Below, piece by piece: positions 1 through 11,589 of a DNA stretch of 64,000 bases (position 1 is its first letter; every line of letters begins with the position of its first letter). Both the position numbers and the translations under genes were made by a program. The notes beneath the pieces are model-generated. The model was not told the DNA's origin and ran no database searches. It was given only the letters and a program-made list of their open reading frames with translations. This stretch comes from Octopus sinensis (lineage: Eukaryota). The stretch is taken from NCBI RefSeq assembly GCF_006345805.1, contig NW_021832548.1, forward strand, positions 9,055 to 73,054, given 5' to 3'.

Positions 1-545
1 GTATCTATGAGGCCTAGGATAACTTTAAAAGATCACAAGGAAAACAATTTTTTTAATTCTGAAGTGAGAATAATTTTCCCAGGCCGATCTGACCTGAGTA
101 CATTAAGTAAAGATTTTCTTGATATGTGTATACTTAAGAAAAACATATAGTCAAGAAAAACATAAAACTTGAACTTTTGTCTAATACACAGGAAACTATT
201 TATTGTTTGCTAGACTGGATAATAAAAATAGAAGTAAATTTATACAGATATATATTAATAACTATTATTCTTCTATTAATCCTGTTGTGCTTAATAATGC
301 TTTTCATCTGCTAGAAAAAAATCTAACGTTATTTTAAAGAAATTAAAGTAAGTTTGGGAGTTCAAAAATCTATTATTTTAGTTGATAATAAGTCCTGGGC
401 TAGAGAAAGTAGCAATGATTATTTGACATTACCATGGGATCTGCTGATTCTGATCTATACATTCTATTTTATTTTAGTAATAAATTTCCAGATATTAAAG
501 GTGGACTGTATAGAGATGTAATGCTGTTTTTGATTAATAGTGACA
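1..545 (+). mobile_element. Degenerate Penelope-like element, RT fragment (runs off the left edge)
   Basis: Manual translation across stops and frameshifts gives ITLKDHKEN, KFIQIYINNYYSSIN, FDITMGS and GGLYRD, which are PLE RT motifs. It is the reverse complement of 39435-39980. Confidence 0.75.
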
Positions 546-551
546 CCTTCA

Positions 552-908
552 GCAAGTGTCTTCTACTATAGCCTCAAGCCGAGCAAAGCCTTGTGAGTGG
601 ATTTGGTAGACGGAAACTGAAAGAAGCCTGTTGCAAATATATGTATATATATGTCTATCTATGTATATATGTATATATATATCTGTCTGTGTATGTCTGT
701 GTTTTTCTCCCCATCACCACTTGACAACTGGTGTTGATGTTTTTTACATCTCCGTAACTTACGGGTGTGACAAAAGAGACCGATAGAATAAGTACCCAGG
801 CTTAAATTATAAGTAATGGGGTCTATTCCAATCGATTAAATCTCAAGACGGTGCCCCAGCATGACTGCAGTCTAATGACTGAAATAAGTAAAAGACAAAA
901 GATGAAAG
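552..908 (+). mobile_element. tRNA-derived composite SINE with CR1-like 3' tail (5'-truncated)
   Basis: GCAAGTGTCTTCTACTATAGCC...GGTGCCCCAGCATGACTGCAGTC..GACTGAAATAAGTAAAAG; the family recurs at 14991, 39074 and 43815. Confidence 0.8.
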
Positions 909-965
909 ATATATATATAATACAGAGAGAGAGAGAGAGAGAGAGAGATGGATAGATAGATAGAT

Positions 966-996
<31 letters not shown>

Positions 997-1272
997 TGTT
1001 TCTTTATTAGCCACACAGGGCTGCACACAGACGGGACGGATTACAAAGTAGAGCTGTTCTTTATGGGGGGGGAGAAAAAATGGTGGGGTAGGTTTTCGAT
1101 CAAAAGGGATCGTAAAAGGGAAAGAAAGAAAAATAACGATCAATAGGGATCGTGTATCACAGTAATGTCATGATGTAAAGTGTAAGGGGGAAAGTAAATA
1201 GGGTTTATCCGTGGAAAGAAAAGCCTTCGGAAAATACCACGGTAACCTCGGTCAATAATGTTAAATGTTAAC

Positions 1273-1431
1273 ATTTATAGATAGAGGAAAGGGTAGTACA
1301 AATGTCAAACCATACACTTCAGCCTACAAACTTTTGCTAAAATACATTCAAATATGCTTAAGTTAAATTCTTCATAATAAGGATGGATTTATGGTTTGAC
1401 ATTTGTACTACCCCTTCCTCTATCTATAAAT
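1273..1431. repeat. Inverted repeat, arms of about 42 bp (1273-1314 / 1390-1431)
   Basis: ATTTATAGATAGAGGAAAGGGTAGTACAAATGTCAAACCATA versus its near reverse complement; also present in copy B at about 33780-33940. Confidence 0.85.
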
Positions 1432-1675
1432 AGAAAATTCTTGTTTGTCTCCATTGAACCAAGATAAAAAAAACTCCCCACTCCCCACTGATAGATCTAA
1501 ATAGAAAAGTGAACCCAGTGATAAGAAATCTACCGATGGAGAAGGACAACTATCACCACGTTCTTAATGATGAAATTAACCTCTTTGTCTATATATCTAC
1601 CTTCTTTGTAATGTTGGCAAATGAAATAAGTATAAATATGTTTATTGTCCATTTAATTAAAAAAAAACTTCTATA

Positions 1676-1763
1676 TGTGGCTGAAGATTGCTCGACATTT
1701 AACAACTGACGTAATACTTACAATGTTTAATAAAATGAAGTAGCATGAAAGAATTGTACTACA
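1676..1763 (+). ncRNA. Type I hammerhead ribozyme motif, degenerate copy
   Basis: TGTGG-CTGAAGA-(T)TGCT..AGCA(T)-GAAA-GAATT-GTA-CTACA. Stem III is damaged here but intact in copies B and C. Confidence 0.45.
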
Positions 1764-1892
1764 CTACCTTGGATATCCTTGTTGCTTATTTTGATTATAA
1801 TCACCCCATTTGATTTATATGGATAATACCATACCAAATTCTGGTGCCTTTAACTTAAGTACCATATTCATCTGGATCTAAATTTTGCTGAA

Positions 1893-1897
1893 CTTTA

Positions 1898-1985
<88 letters not shown>
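1893..1985. repeat. (TA)n microsatellite
   Basis: Direct observation; one of many (TA)n tracts in the window. Confidence 0.98.
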
Positions 1986-1988
<3 letters not shown>

Positions 1989-2267
1989 GAATATGTTATA
2001 AAAAGAAAAGATAAAATACACGTGGAAATGTAAGGGTAAATATGAAAAATCTACGAAAATGCACATTGCAAATTAAAAAAAGGCTATTATGACAGGTAAC
2101 GACAAATATATACATTTAGATTGACTGGGGTAGTAATACGAGTCATAAAAGTCATTATTATGAGATGATTATAAGATGATAACAAAGTAAGAGAACAAAA
2201 CGATCCATGGTTTTACGCAAAGCTACTCATCGTTTGAAAAACACCGGCTAATATCATATACATATAT

Positions 2268-2336
<69 letters not shown>

Positions 2337-2823
2337 CAGAAGACGAAGACAGCAGGTGTATTATTATCGGGATGAAAGCAAAAGCTTATGCTTTTCGACA
2401 GAAAGAATTAAGAGGAAAAAAAACGGAGAGAGAATGATGAAAACTGTGAAAGAATAAAGAAAATTGGGAAAGAAACGGAAGTGCAGAGAAAAATTGTCCA
2501 ACATGGCGAGATGACCGGAAAATAGAGGTTGAATGAAAGTGAGATAATAATAATAACGATAACGGTAATATCCAAGGATCTTAGGTGCACAAGCGCATGT
2601 GTGTTTGGGAGGACGGTGTCTGTGAATGTGTTTATGTGAATGGATGCTAGTGTGTGAGTGGGTTAGCTGAAAATTATGTGGACTTCTGTGTGTCAGTGTG
2701 TACATTATGTGAAGTGACATGCATTCCATGTACTGGTTGGTGAGTGTGTGCGTACGGATGTATGTATTTTTCTGCTCCCAGGGGCACGTTACTGATATTG
2801 TGAGAAAATTTAAGAGTCTAAAG

Positions 2824-3120
2824 AGAGTGCTTTTCAAACTTTTTGCTGGAGTGGAACCCCAAGGAAACATTCCAATGGCTCGAGGAACCCCTGTGCCATA
2901 ATTTAATAGTCTTATGCACACATATCTGCACAGGAGAATTAAAAATTACTGCCGATTTTAGCAGTTTTGTAACTTCTTGCGTTATTTAGTTCATTAGAAA
3001 ATCTGAAAAATCTGGCTTTCAAAATGAAAAGATCCTAGCTGTTTTGTAACTTCTTGCGGAACCCCTGGACTGTACTGGTAGAACCCGAAGGTTCCGCGGA
3101 ACCCTGGTTAAAAACCACTG
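2824..3120. mobile_element. hAT (Charlie-like) MITE, with an internal duplication in this copy
   Basis: TIRs (C)AGTGCTTTTCAAAC / GTTAAAAACCACTG; 8-bp TSD GTCTAAAG at 2816-2823 and 3121-3128. Confidence 0.8.
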
Positions 3121-3229
3121 GTCTAAAGCCATCCCTGGAACATAGTATCGTACGTTCGCAGTCAGGAGGAAATCAGTTGAAAAATACTGTTTTTATAAAC
3201 TTTTACAAACACTGACAGAACGGGATATA

Positions 3230-3760
3230 TATGTATGTAGTATGTATGTATGTATGTATGTATGTATGTATGTATGTATGTATGTATGTATGTATTATGT
3301 AGTATGTATGTATGTATGTACGTACGTACGTACGTACGTACTTACGTACATATGTATGTATGTATGTGTAATGTATGTATGTATGTATGTATGTATGTAT
3401 GTATGTAGTATGCATATATGTATGTATGTATGTATGTGTGTGTGTGTTCGTGTTTGTGTGTAAAATTAACCTAGTGTATGTGTTGTGTGGAGAAATGTGT
3501 GTTTTGTGTATTCCTCTGTATGTGTGTGTGTGTGTGTGCATATGGACATGTGTGTGTGTGCATATGGACATGTGTGTGTGTGCATATGGACATGTGTGTG
3601 TGTGCATATGGACGTGTGTATATTTGTGAAGTTAACGTGTCTGTGTGCGCGTGTGTCTGTTGTGTTGCACGTATAGCCGTTCATGTGAGCTTATTCAGGT
3701 AGTGTGTGCACGTGTGTATGTGTGTGTGTGTGTGTGTGTGTGTTTATCTGTAATCAAATA
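3230..3760. repeat. (TATG)n and (TG)n microsatellites with a short CATATGGACATGTGTGTGTGTG minisatellite
   Basis: Direct observation; explains the MYVC/HTH-type junk ORFs. Confidence 0.95.
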
Positions 3761-3964
3761 GCGTGCACATCTATAGTGTATTTTTGTGAGCGAATGTTAT
3801 CCGTGTCAATGCGTGTAATGCGTGTTTATGCGTGTTGCGTGTGTATCTATATATTCTCTGTGTTTGGATATTATGTGTTTGTGTGGGTGTGAGAGTGTGC
3901 ATGATGGTGTGTGGTGTGTGTACTGAATTAAACAGTGTGTTGTGTTGTTCGTATTATGGTATTT

Positions 3965-4387
3965 GTGGCGAGCTGGCAGAAACGTTAACACGCCGGCGAA
4001 ATGCGTAGCCGTATTTCGTCTGCCGTTACGTTCTGAGTTCAAATTCCGCCGAGGTCGACTTTGTCTTTCATCCTTTCGGGATCGATAAATTAAGTACCAG
4101 TTACTTACTGGGGGTCGATGTAATCGACTTAATATCTATGTCTGTCCTTGTTTGTCCCCTCTCTGTGTGTAGCCCCTTGTGGGTAATAAAGAAATAGGTA
4201 TTTCGTCTGCCGTTACGTTTTGAGTTCAAATTCCGCCGAGGTCGACTTTGCCTTTCATCCTTTCGGGGTCGATAAATTAAGTACCAGTTACGCACTGGGG
4301 GTTGATGTAATCGACTTAATAACTATGTCTATGCTTGTTTGTCCCCTCTCTGTGTGTAGCCCCTTGTGGGCAGTAAAGAAATAGGTA
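3965..4387 (+). mobile_element. tRNA-derived SINE (octopus OK-like) plus a tandem partial copy
   Basis: GGCGAGCTGGCAGAAACGTT...GAGTTCAAATTCCGCCGAGGTCGACTTTG..TTTCATCCTTTCGGGGTCGATAAATTAAGTACCAG. The second unit starts at about 4196. Confidence 0.85.
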
Positions 4388-4922
4388 TTTGTGGTGACGC
4401 TGTTGAAAAGTATATGTCGCTGTGTAGATAATGTGCGTGTGTGTGTGCGTGTGTGTGTGTGTGTGTGTGTGAGTGTGTGTGCGTGTGTGTATACTGTGTC
4501 TTTCAAAGATGAAAGCATGTTATCTCAGAGAAGAAGATTCAGTTTTGTAACAGAAAAAAATATTATGTTTCTTAATATTAACTTACAAGCCGAAGTGTAA
4601 GAAGACATCAGTAACATCATAACTAACAACATTGTTGATCTTGTGTCACAGGTATAAGGCAGGAGGAGAAATGATTGTCGGCTTCCAGAAAGCAGAAATT
4701 TTACGAAAAGATATCTCTTACAAATAGCGTAGTCGAAATGGCTAAACATAACAGAAATAGAGAGAAAAACGCAAGTCCAACTTGAAGTGTGAGTGAACTG
4801 AAAGTCCCATCTTTCTGTTTCTTTCTTTTTTTCTCTCTATCTTTCTCTTTCTCCCTCTCTCTCTCTATCTCTGTCTTTTTCTGTCTCTTTCTCTTTTCTG
4901 CTCCGAGAAGTAAGGTAAAACT

Positions 4923-5235
<313 letters not shown>

Positions 5236-5257
5236 GATAAAGAGATATATATAGAGA

Positions 5258-5650
5258 CTAGCAGTATCGCCCGGCGTTGCTCGGGTTTGTAAGGGAAATA
5301 ACTATATATGCATTTATAGAGAGTTATAGCCAAAAGATAGCAAAATGATGCATTAAAAATGGAAAAATTATGATGGTAAATTTTCTTTTAAATCGTTGAC
5401 TCATCGTAGACATTTTTAGAGAGTTACTTCCCTTATATATAGCGAAAAAATGCATTAAAATGAAAAAAATGATGTTAATTTTTTTTTAATCGTAGACTCA
5501 TCGTAGACGCGCGCTAATACCCAGAAGGGCTGGATATGAATCACGACTATAAGATACCCGGTTTTGGTTATACTGCACCGCAAAATGTGGGAGTAGTTAG
5601 GGATCTAAATTGTAGGAGAGAGACACACAACTTCACTTTTATATATAAGA
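5258..5650 (-). mobile_element. Non-autonomous Helitron, complete (393 bp)
   Basis: 5' TC, 3' CTAG, subterminal hairpin CCCGAGCAACGCCGGG, inserted between A and T; empty site in copy C at about 60210-60230. Confidence 0.92.
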
Positions 5651-6430
5651 TATAAATGTCACGGACGCTAGAAAACCGGAAGTAAATATTCTTAAAAACG
5701 GAAACTTAAGTACACACACACGCACACAAGCACGCACGCACATGCGCACGCAAAAACACACACTCACACATATACACATACAAGGATGAAAAGAAAGATA
5801 GAGAATTTCGAAGTACTGAGAGATTGGGTGAAAGAAGTATTGTGATTAAGAAAAAGACGCCGACTTAGGACGCGGGAGAGGAAAGTGAGGGAAAGTTATA
5901 AGGATATGAAAGTAAGAAAGGGAGAGAAGAAGGAAGATTGGCAAGAAGGAGTTATAGTAAAAGATTAAGAAGAACGTCATGGAAAAGTGAGAGGGAGGGA
6001 GTGAAAGGGACAAAGATAGAGAGAAAGAACGTAGGAGGAGAGAAAGAGAGAGAGAGAGAGAAAAAAAAGGGAAGAACAGTCAAGACATTTTCTTTTTTTT
6101 ACTACATTTGTTTGGTATTTTTCTAATAGATTTTTCAATATGACGCTACACTGGACACTAGATGACCTAGCTGACCTTGCTGACCTAGCTGCTTGAACAG
6201 CTTCCTAAGCATTCTTCCGACTCGGTTGATTCATGCCAAAGGGAATCGTCGGGAGTGGTAGGCTTACCAGGATTTCTACCTTATCGAAGCTCCTTCTTTA
6301 TTGTAAGGTCATCGAGGCAGTTCAGAAAAAAAAGGATTTACTCCACTCCCCGAGCAGTCTGGATTGCTGCTACACATACCACAAGGTAACTTACTGGTGA
6401 AGCAGAAGGGATTGGAAGTGAAACGGTACG

Positions 6431-6797
6431 GGATCTTTTCGGTTTGAACGGCAGTTTTTTTAAATAATTTCCACGCAACAAAACACTTTTAAACTTCTTA
6501 TACTGGTAGAATGTGTTTATAAGACATCTTTTTCTCTTGGCTTTATTGAGACAATTCTATAGTTTGTAGGTTATTTGTTGTTGTTTTTTCTTCTTCAATT
6601 TCTGCAATTTCAACCAATCAATGACATCTATTGAGGTAAAAAATATTCTGTGCCGTATGAATCTGTCCCTCGTTTAAGAAACAGATTGGGATTATTTACA
6701 TTTCTGAAGAAAAAAAGATACCCTTCCCCCCACCCCAAACCCTAACCCTAACTAACCCTAAACCTAAAACAGATTGAAATGCAATAGATCGATACTG
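6431..6797. mobile_element. Merlin-like MITE with TTAGGG-type repeats (truncated copy)
   Basis: TIR GGATCTTTTCGGTTTGAACGGCAG at 6431, TSD half ACGGTACG, CCCTAA repeats at about 6738-6765; second TIR missing. Confidence 0.6.
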
Positions 6798-7616
6798 TTG
6801 TCAATTTGAACATGGTCTGGGCTAACAACGGCGAAAATGTTATACTACGTTATATACTGCGTGTAACCAAACCAATCTATAAATGATTACTGGGGAATAA
6901 GAGCAACGACGTCGTCGAGGGAAATCTGAGGGCGTAGGAAAAACAATACACTTGTTTTGTCCGAAGAACTTTCGAGCCGGAGTCTATGATTTAATTCTAA
7001 AAATCCTTCGCCTGGCAGTGATATTGTAAGACACTGCCGATACGGGGTAAAGCCTACAAACGTGGCATTGCCTTTAGCCACATCCGCTCAAGAGCACACC
7101 GCGCCATAAAAGTGTCCTTCAATCGATCGTACAATTCTTGAGCGTCGCTGTCTTGAAGATTTACGTGGAGCAGCCGCAATCATTTGCCAGATGGATCCGG
7201 TTATATTTTATATAATGAAAATCGCCCTGTCACTTTTCGTTTATTACATCTACCAGGAGGTCATGGCGAAAGTGATCGTGTGGTAAACTCTCATGACTTT
7301 TCAAGTTCCAGTTAGAAACGAAAATAAACATGCAAAAGGAGGTGCTTCCTCCAAGTAAATTCGTTGGACAGTGGATGAATTGCCCTAGACTAAGCGTGAG
7401 CTTGTAGTTTGAGAAACACGGCGGAGAGAGAAGCATTTACTATGACACTACTGGTGAGCAGGGTGACTCAGGATCTGTGGGTTCCTTGGTTGCCTCTGGA
7501 TGCATTTCCCTCTGGTAGGGAAATTTGTTGCTATAATTTTCCTGTTGTTATAGTTTTTGTTTTTCATTGTTTACACATGTTTAGATAAATTCCCAATGTC
7601 CTTGATTATGTTTTCT

Positions 7617-7760
7617 GTGGCGGCGAGCTGGCAGAATCGTGTGCACGCCGCAAAAATGCTTAGCGGCATTTTGTCCGGCTTGACTTTGTCTTTCATCTTT
7701 TCGGGGTCGATAAAATAAGTAAATGTTGAGTACTGGAGTCGACGTAATGGATATCTCCTC
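7617..7760 (+). mobile_element. OK-like SINE remnant
   Basis: GGCGGCGAGCTGGCAGAATCG...TTTCATCTTTTCGGGGTCGATAAAATAAG; orthologous remnant at about 53085-53270. Confidence 0.75.
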
Positions 7761-7822
7761 CTCCAAACTTTCTGCCCTTGTATCAAAATTAGAATGAAAT
7801 ATATTTTCTCTCTCTGTTACAG

Positions 7823-7902
7823 AAAAATTGTATAATGCAAATATTATGACTAAGATTGTAACATTTGCAACATACATGCTTTTTATTAGCTATTTGCGTT
7901 AA
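7823..7902 (+). CDS. Terminal coding exon of Ig-gene paralogue 1 (hydrophobic C-terminal tail)
   Basis: Acceptor TCTCTCTGTTACAG; phase-1 frame KLYNANIMTKIVTFATYMLFISYLR* with TAA at 7900-7902; donor GTTAGT at 7939. Length and stop position match 53321-53400. Confidence 0.65.
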
Positions 7903-8324
7903 GGATCTCGAAAAATATAAAGAAACAGAATCAACCTGGTTAGTAAAATATTTTTCATTTTGTTTTCTTCTGTGATTTTGTTATCCTTGTATAAATCTTA
8001 TTGATTTAGTTTCTGCTTAATTTGTGCTTAATACATTGCCTTTTTAAAAATCTCACTGTTGTTGTCATCGTCCTTCTTTAATGATTAGATTGGCATTCAT
8101 CAAGCAAAGGTATTGGAGCACTGAACATCCCATAACATCCTTTACTTGTTCCAGTCATTGGACTGCGACCATGCTCGGCCACAACTTGAAATACGGAACA
8201 AATTAACCTCACTACTTATCTTTAAGTCTGGTACTAATTCGATCGGTCACTTTTGCTGAACCACTATGAGTTGGGGCTGTATACAAGCAACACTTGTTGT
8301 CAAGCGCTGGCTGGGGTCAAATAC

Positions 8325-8390
8325 GTACGTACATACATACATACATACATACATACATACATACATACATACATACATACATACATGCAT
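8325..8390. repeat. (CATA)n microsatellite split by the RTE insertion
   Basis: A remnant CATACATACATAC lies on the far side of the LINE at about 11338-11351; the uninterrupted array is at 54450-54795. Confidence 0.9.
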
Positions 8391-8394
8391 GTAT

Positions 8395-11337
8395 ACATGG
8401 TGGTGTATGTTTTCTACTCCTTATACAGAGTTTGACCACCTCCTGTACCTACACCTTGCGCCATCATGGCGTCTGATGTGGTTTTTAAACCAGACAATGT
8501 TCTGAAAAGACACCCACCTAGATTGCACCTCTGATTAGGACCACCAAGAGCTGCAGATAAGTTCTGCTGTTTGTGGATTTTAACATGTCTTTTGAGGCCT
8601 CCGTTGGATTTTCAAACCATCTGGCATACACTGCATTCAAAAGTGTGCACAGAGATATAGTCAGAATAGTTGGTGGATGTTCGTTTTTCAAGCGTTCGCG
8701 GATGAGATTTGAGGCCAGCCAAAGACAGGCATGGTCTGTCACAGACTGTGCACACGAAAAGATCATTGTCATTCACCTTCTCGATCGTTACATTCTTCCT
8801 TACATCTCTTTTGGGTCTTACATGCGTTATCCTGGCCGCTTCAAATGCTTTTACTTCACTCACCACCTTTGTTCGCCATCCAACTCGATCCGAAGCAAGG
8901 GTTTCTATATCTTCTGGAACCAATCCAAGTGACTTCATAGTAGTCCTTATGCCGTCCTTAAACCTTTCTTTTTAGGTTTAGGCCGATAGCGTTTCCCCTC
9001 TGCAAGCCCATCATAAAACAGCTGTTTTGGCATGCGTTCATCAGCCATTCGAACAATATGGCCACACCATCTCAACTGGTTCCTCAAAATCATAGCTATA
9101 ATTGAGGTGATGCCTGCAGATGCAAGGACATCTGTGTAAAAGAACTCCATTCAATTTTTAAAATCCGACGAAGGAATTTTTGCTGGAATTGTTCTTACAG
9201 TTTAAAATGTCTTTCACAACAAGCCCAAGTTTCATAGGAATACAACAGGGATGGTAAGGCAAATGATTTGTAAAGAGCCAGCCTTGTATTCTTGTTTATA
9301 TGTCGCTGGCACTAAACGTGTGACTCCAAGCCACCAAATGCTTTTGCTGCTCTTTGAATTCGCATCTGTGTTTCTGTATCAAAATTTCCATCATTTTGAA
9401 CAGAGCTTCCAAGATAGGCGAGCGAATCGACTACCTCAAGTAACTTTCCCTTAACAAAACTTTTAGTGGTGTTGCTAACAGCACCACACGCAGATTGATG
9501 CATTACAACGGTTTTTTTTCAAGTTGATGGTCAAGCCAAAATCATCAGAAACAGATACAAGAGATTGCAGACCTGTTTCAGAATGACTGACAAGATTGCA
9601 ATCGTCAGCATACAATAGTTCCCTAATGAGTGAAGTAAAAACCTTCGTTTTGAATTTCAGTCTGGCCAGATTAAAAACATTCCCTGTTGTTCAATATTTT
9701 ATGTAAATACCCTCCTCAGAGTTTTGAAAAGCATATGACAACACAACAGAAAGTATATTGTAAAGAGGGTGGGTGCATCAATATCTCCTTGCTTTACTCC
9801 ATTTTCTAGAGCAAAAGATTCAGAGAGCCTACCACCAAAATTAACTCTAGCTTTCATATCTTGATGGAAGCCCTGACCTTGTTTATTTTTCTGGGCAACC
9901 TATTTTCCTTAGAATTAACCACAGAGCATTTCGATTAACAGTATAGAATGCTTTGCTCAAATCAACAAAGCAATGGTATAGAGCAAGATTCTGTTCAATG
10001 CACTTATAATTGTCTGACAGTAAAGATACAATCAGCTGTGACCCTAGAGGAACGAAAACCACACTGAGACTCAGACACTATGTTTGGAACTATAAAGGTA
10101 TTTAAACGTTCTAAGAAAATGTGGGCAAGTACCTTTCCAACCACAGCCAAAAGCGAAATCCCACGAAAATTACCACACAGATCCTTTGGCCCCGATTTAT
10201 ACAAAGATACTAAAATGGCATCAGTCCAGTCTTGAGGCCCTTTATCAGTTCTCCAACAGTGACAAATTAATATATTTAAGAGTTCATACATTTTATCACC
10301 CCCATATTTCAAGATTTCTGCACAGATTCCATCAGACCCTGGAGACTTATTGTTATTCAGCTTATTCACAGCTAAATAAATGTCATTTAGAGTTGGTTCA
10401 AATGCCATCTCTTCTATAACTGGAAGATGTTCAATTTTTTTCTATCGTCCTCATGTCAGCAGATGACGGTCAATTCAAAAGTGCAGAAACATGTTCTACC
10501 CAGTGCTTATGAATAGAAGTGATATCAGTCAGAAGAAAAACATTTTCTGTTCTCACTGGAGCTATTGAAGAAGATTTTGGGCCATATACCGCCTTAACAT
10601 GAGAGTACAAACCCTTGGCATCATTTCTATCAGCTGCTCCTTGTACCCTTTTGTTCTATCATTTCACCATTTCTGTTTAATTTTCCTTAGAGCAATCTAC
10701 ACCTTCCTTTACAGCTTTCTGTAAGTTTCGTTTGAGTTGGGGTTCAAGAACTGAGAAAGAATTGTATTGCCTAAGTTTTGTTTTTCTAACAGTAGATCAT
10801 GAATTTCTGCTGATCTGAGAACCAGTCACTGGATTTATGAGATTAAATCCCACTGACGGATTTGCAGACTGAAATAATTTTGTTTTGAAGTCATCCATAG
10901 ATTGTTTCTATTATAGTATTGTGGAATCTTTGCAAGTTGCTTGATAATTTAAATTTTGCAACATTTAACTTTTTGGATACTTTAGGACCAGACTGTCGAT
11001 TTTTAGGCATTATCGAAAAATCTATTTTTCCACGGAGTAGATGATGGTCAGTCCAGTTCTCTGTCAGTTCTCTCATGACACGAACGCTAGAAACGTATTT
11101 CATACCACGTTCTCCTGATCAGAATATAATTTATGAGATGCCAGTGCTTAGATCTTGGGTGCATCCAGGTGGTTTTATATCTATTTTTCTGCTTAAACAG
11201 GTCGGTCTTCAGTGCTACTGGTAACCTGTAATCCAGCAAAATGTATCGCGTGGTCGGATCGTCGGCGACTAAACTTGCAACCCCACCAGGCTTGCTTGGT
11301 GAGGAGGGTTTTGTTGGACACCTTGCGGGATGAAGAA
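8395..11337 (-). mobile_element. RTE-clade LINE, degenerate, with an internally deleted APE domain and three C-terminal C2H2 zinc-finger remnants
   Basis: ORF pieces TTWMHPRSKHWHLINYIL (APE end), NKSPGSDGICAEILK, FRGISLLAVVGKVLA, QCGFRSSR and QLRWCGHIVRMADERMPKQLFY; fingers CTVC..H, CSVC..H..H and CNL(G)..H..H. Confidence 0.92.
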
Positions 11338-11384
11338 ACATACATACATACTTTCTAAATTGAAAACGCTTCCCTTTTTTGCAG

Positions 11385-11460
11385 GTTACTAACTGATGAA
11401 CCCCTTCTGCAACACTTACATGTCGCAATCAAATCACATTTTCCGGAAATAAATATTTGA
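11385..11460 (+). other. Putative last (3'UTR) exon of paralogue 1, with poly(A) signal
   Basis: Acceptor TTCCCTTTTTTGCAG; AATAAA at 11448-11453; homologous to 54838-54895. Confidence 0.5.
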
Positions 11461-11589
11461 TTCAACACCATATATTGAGTGCTTTCTCCAGTTACTGCTC
11501 ATTCATTTCTGATATTGAAAACATATTATATGAATGTGTGTGCGCGTGCAATATATATATATATGTGTACATACGCGTACATATTTTCA

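Noticed and set aside
2205-2400. Two further decayed hammerhead-like strings (CGATGAGTA..AAACCATGGATC and GGATGAAAGC..GTCTCGAG), also in copies B and C
   Set aside because: The cores are broken in all three copies and would need several assumed mutations.
8450-8800. Host C2H2 zinc-finger gene
   Set aside because: The fingers are contiguous with the RTE RT C-terminus and precede the element's 3' end, and there are no splice sites.
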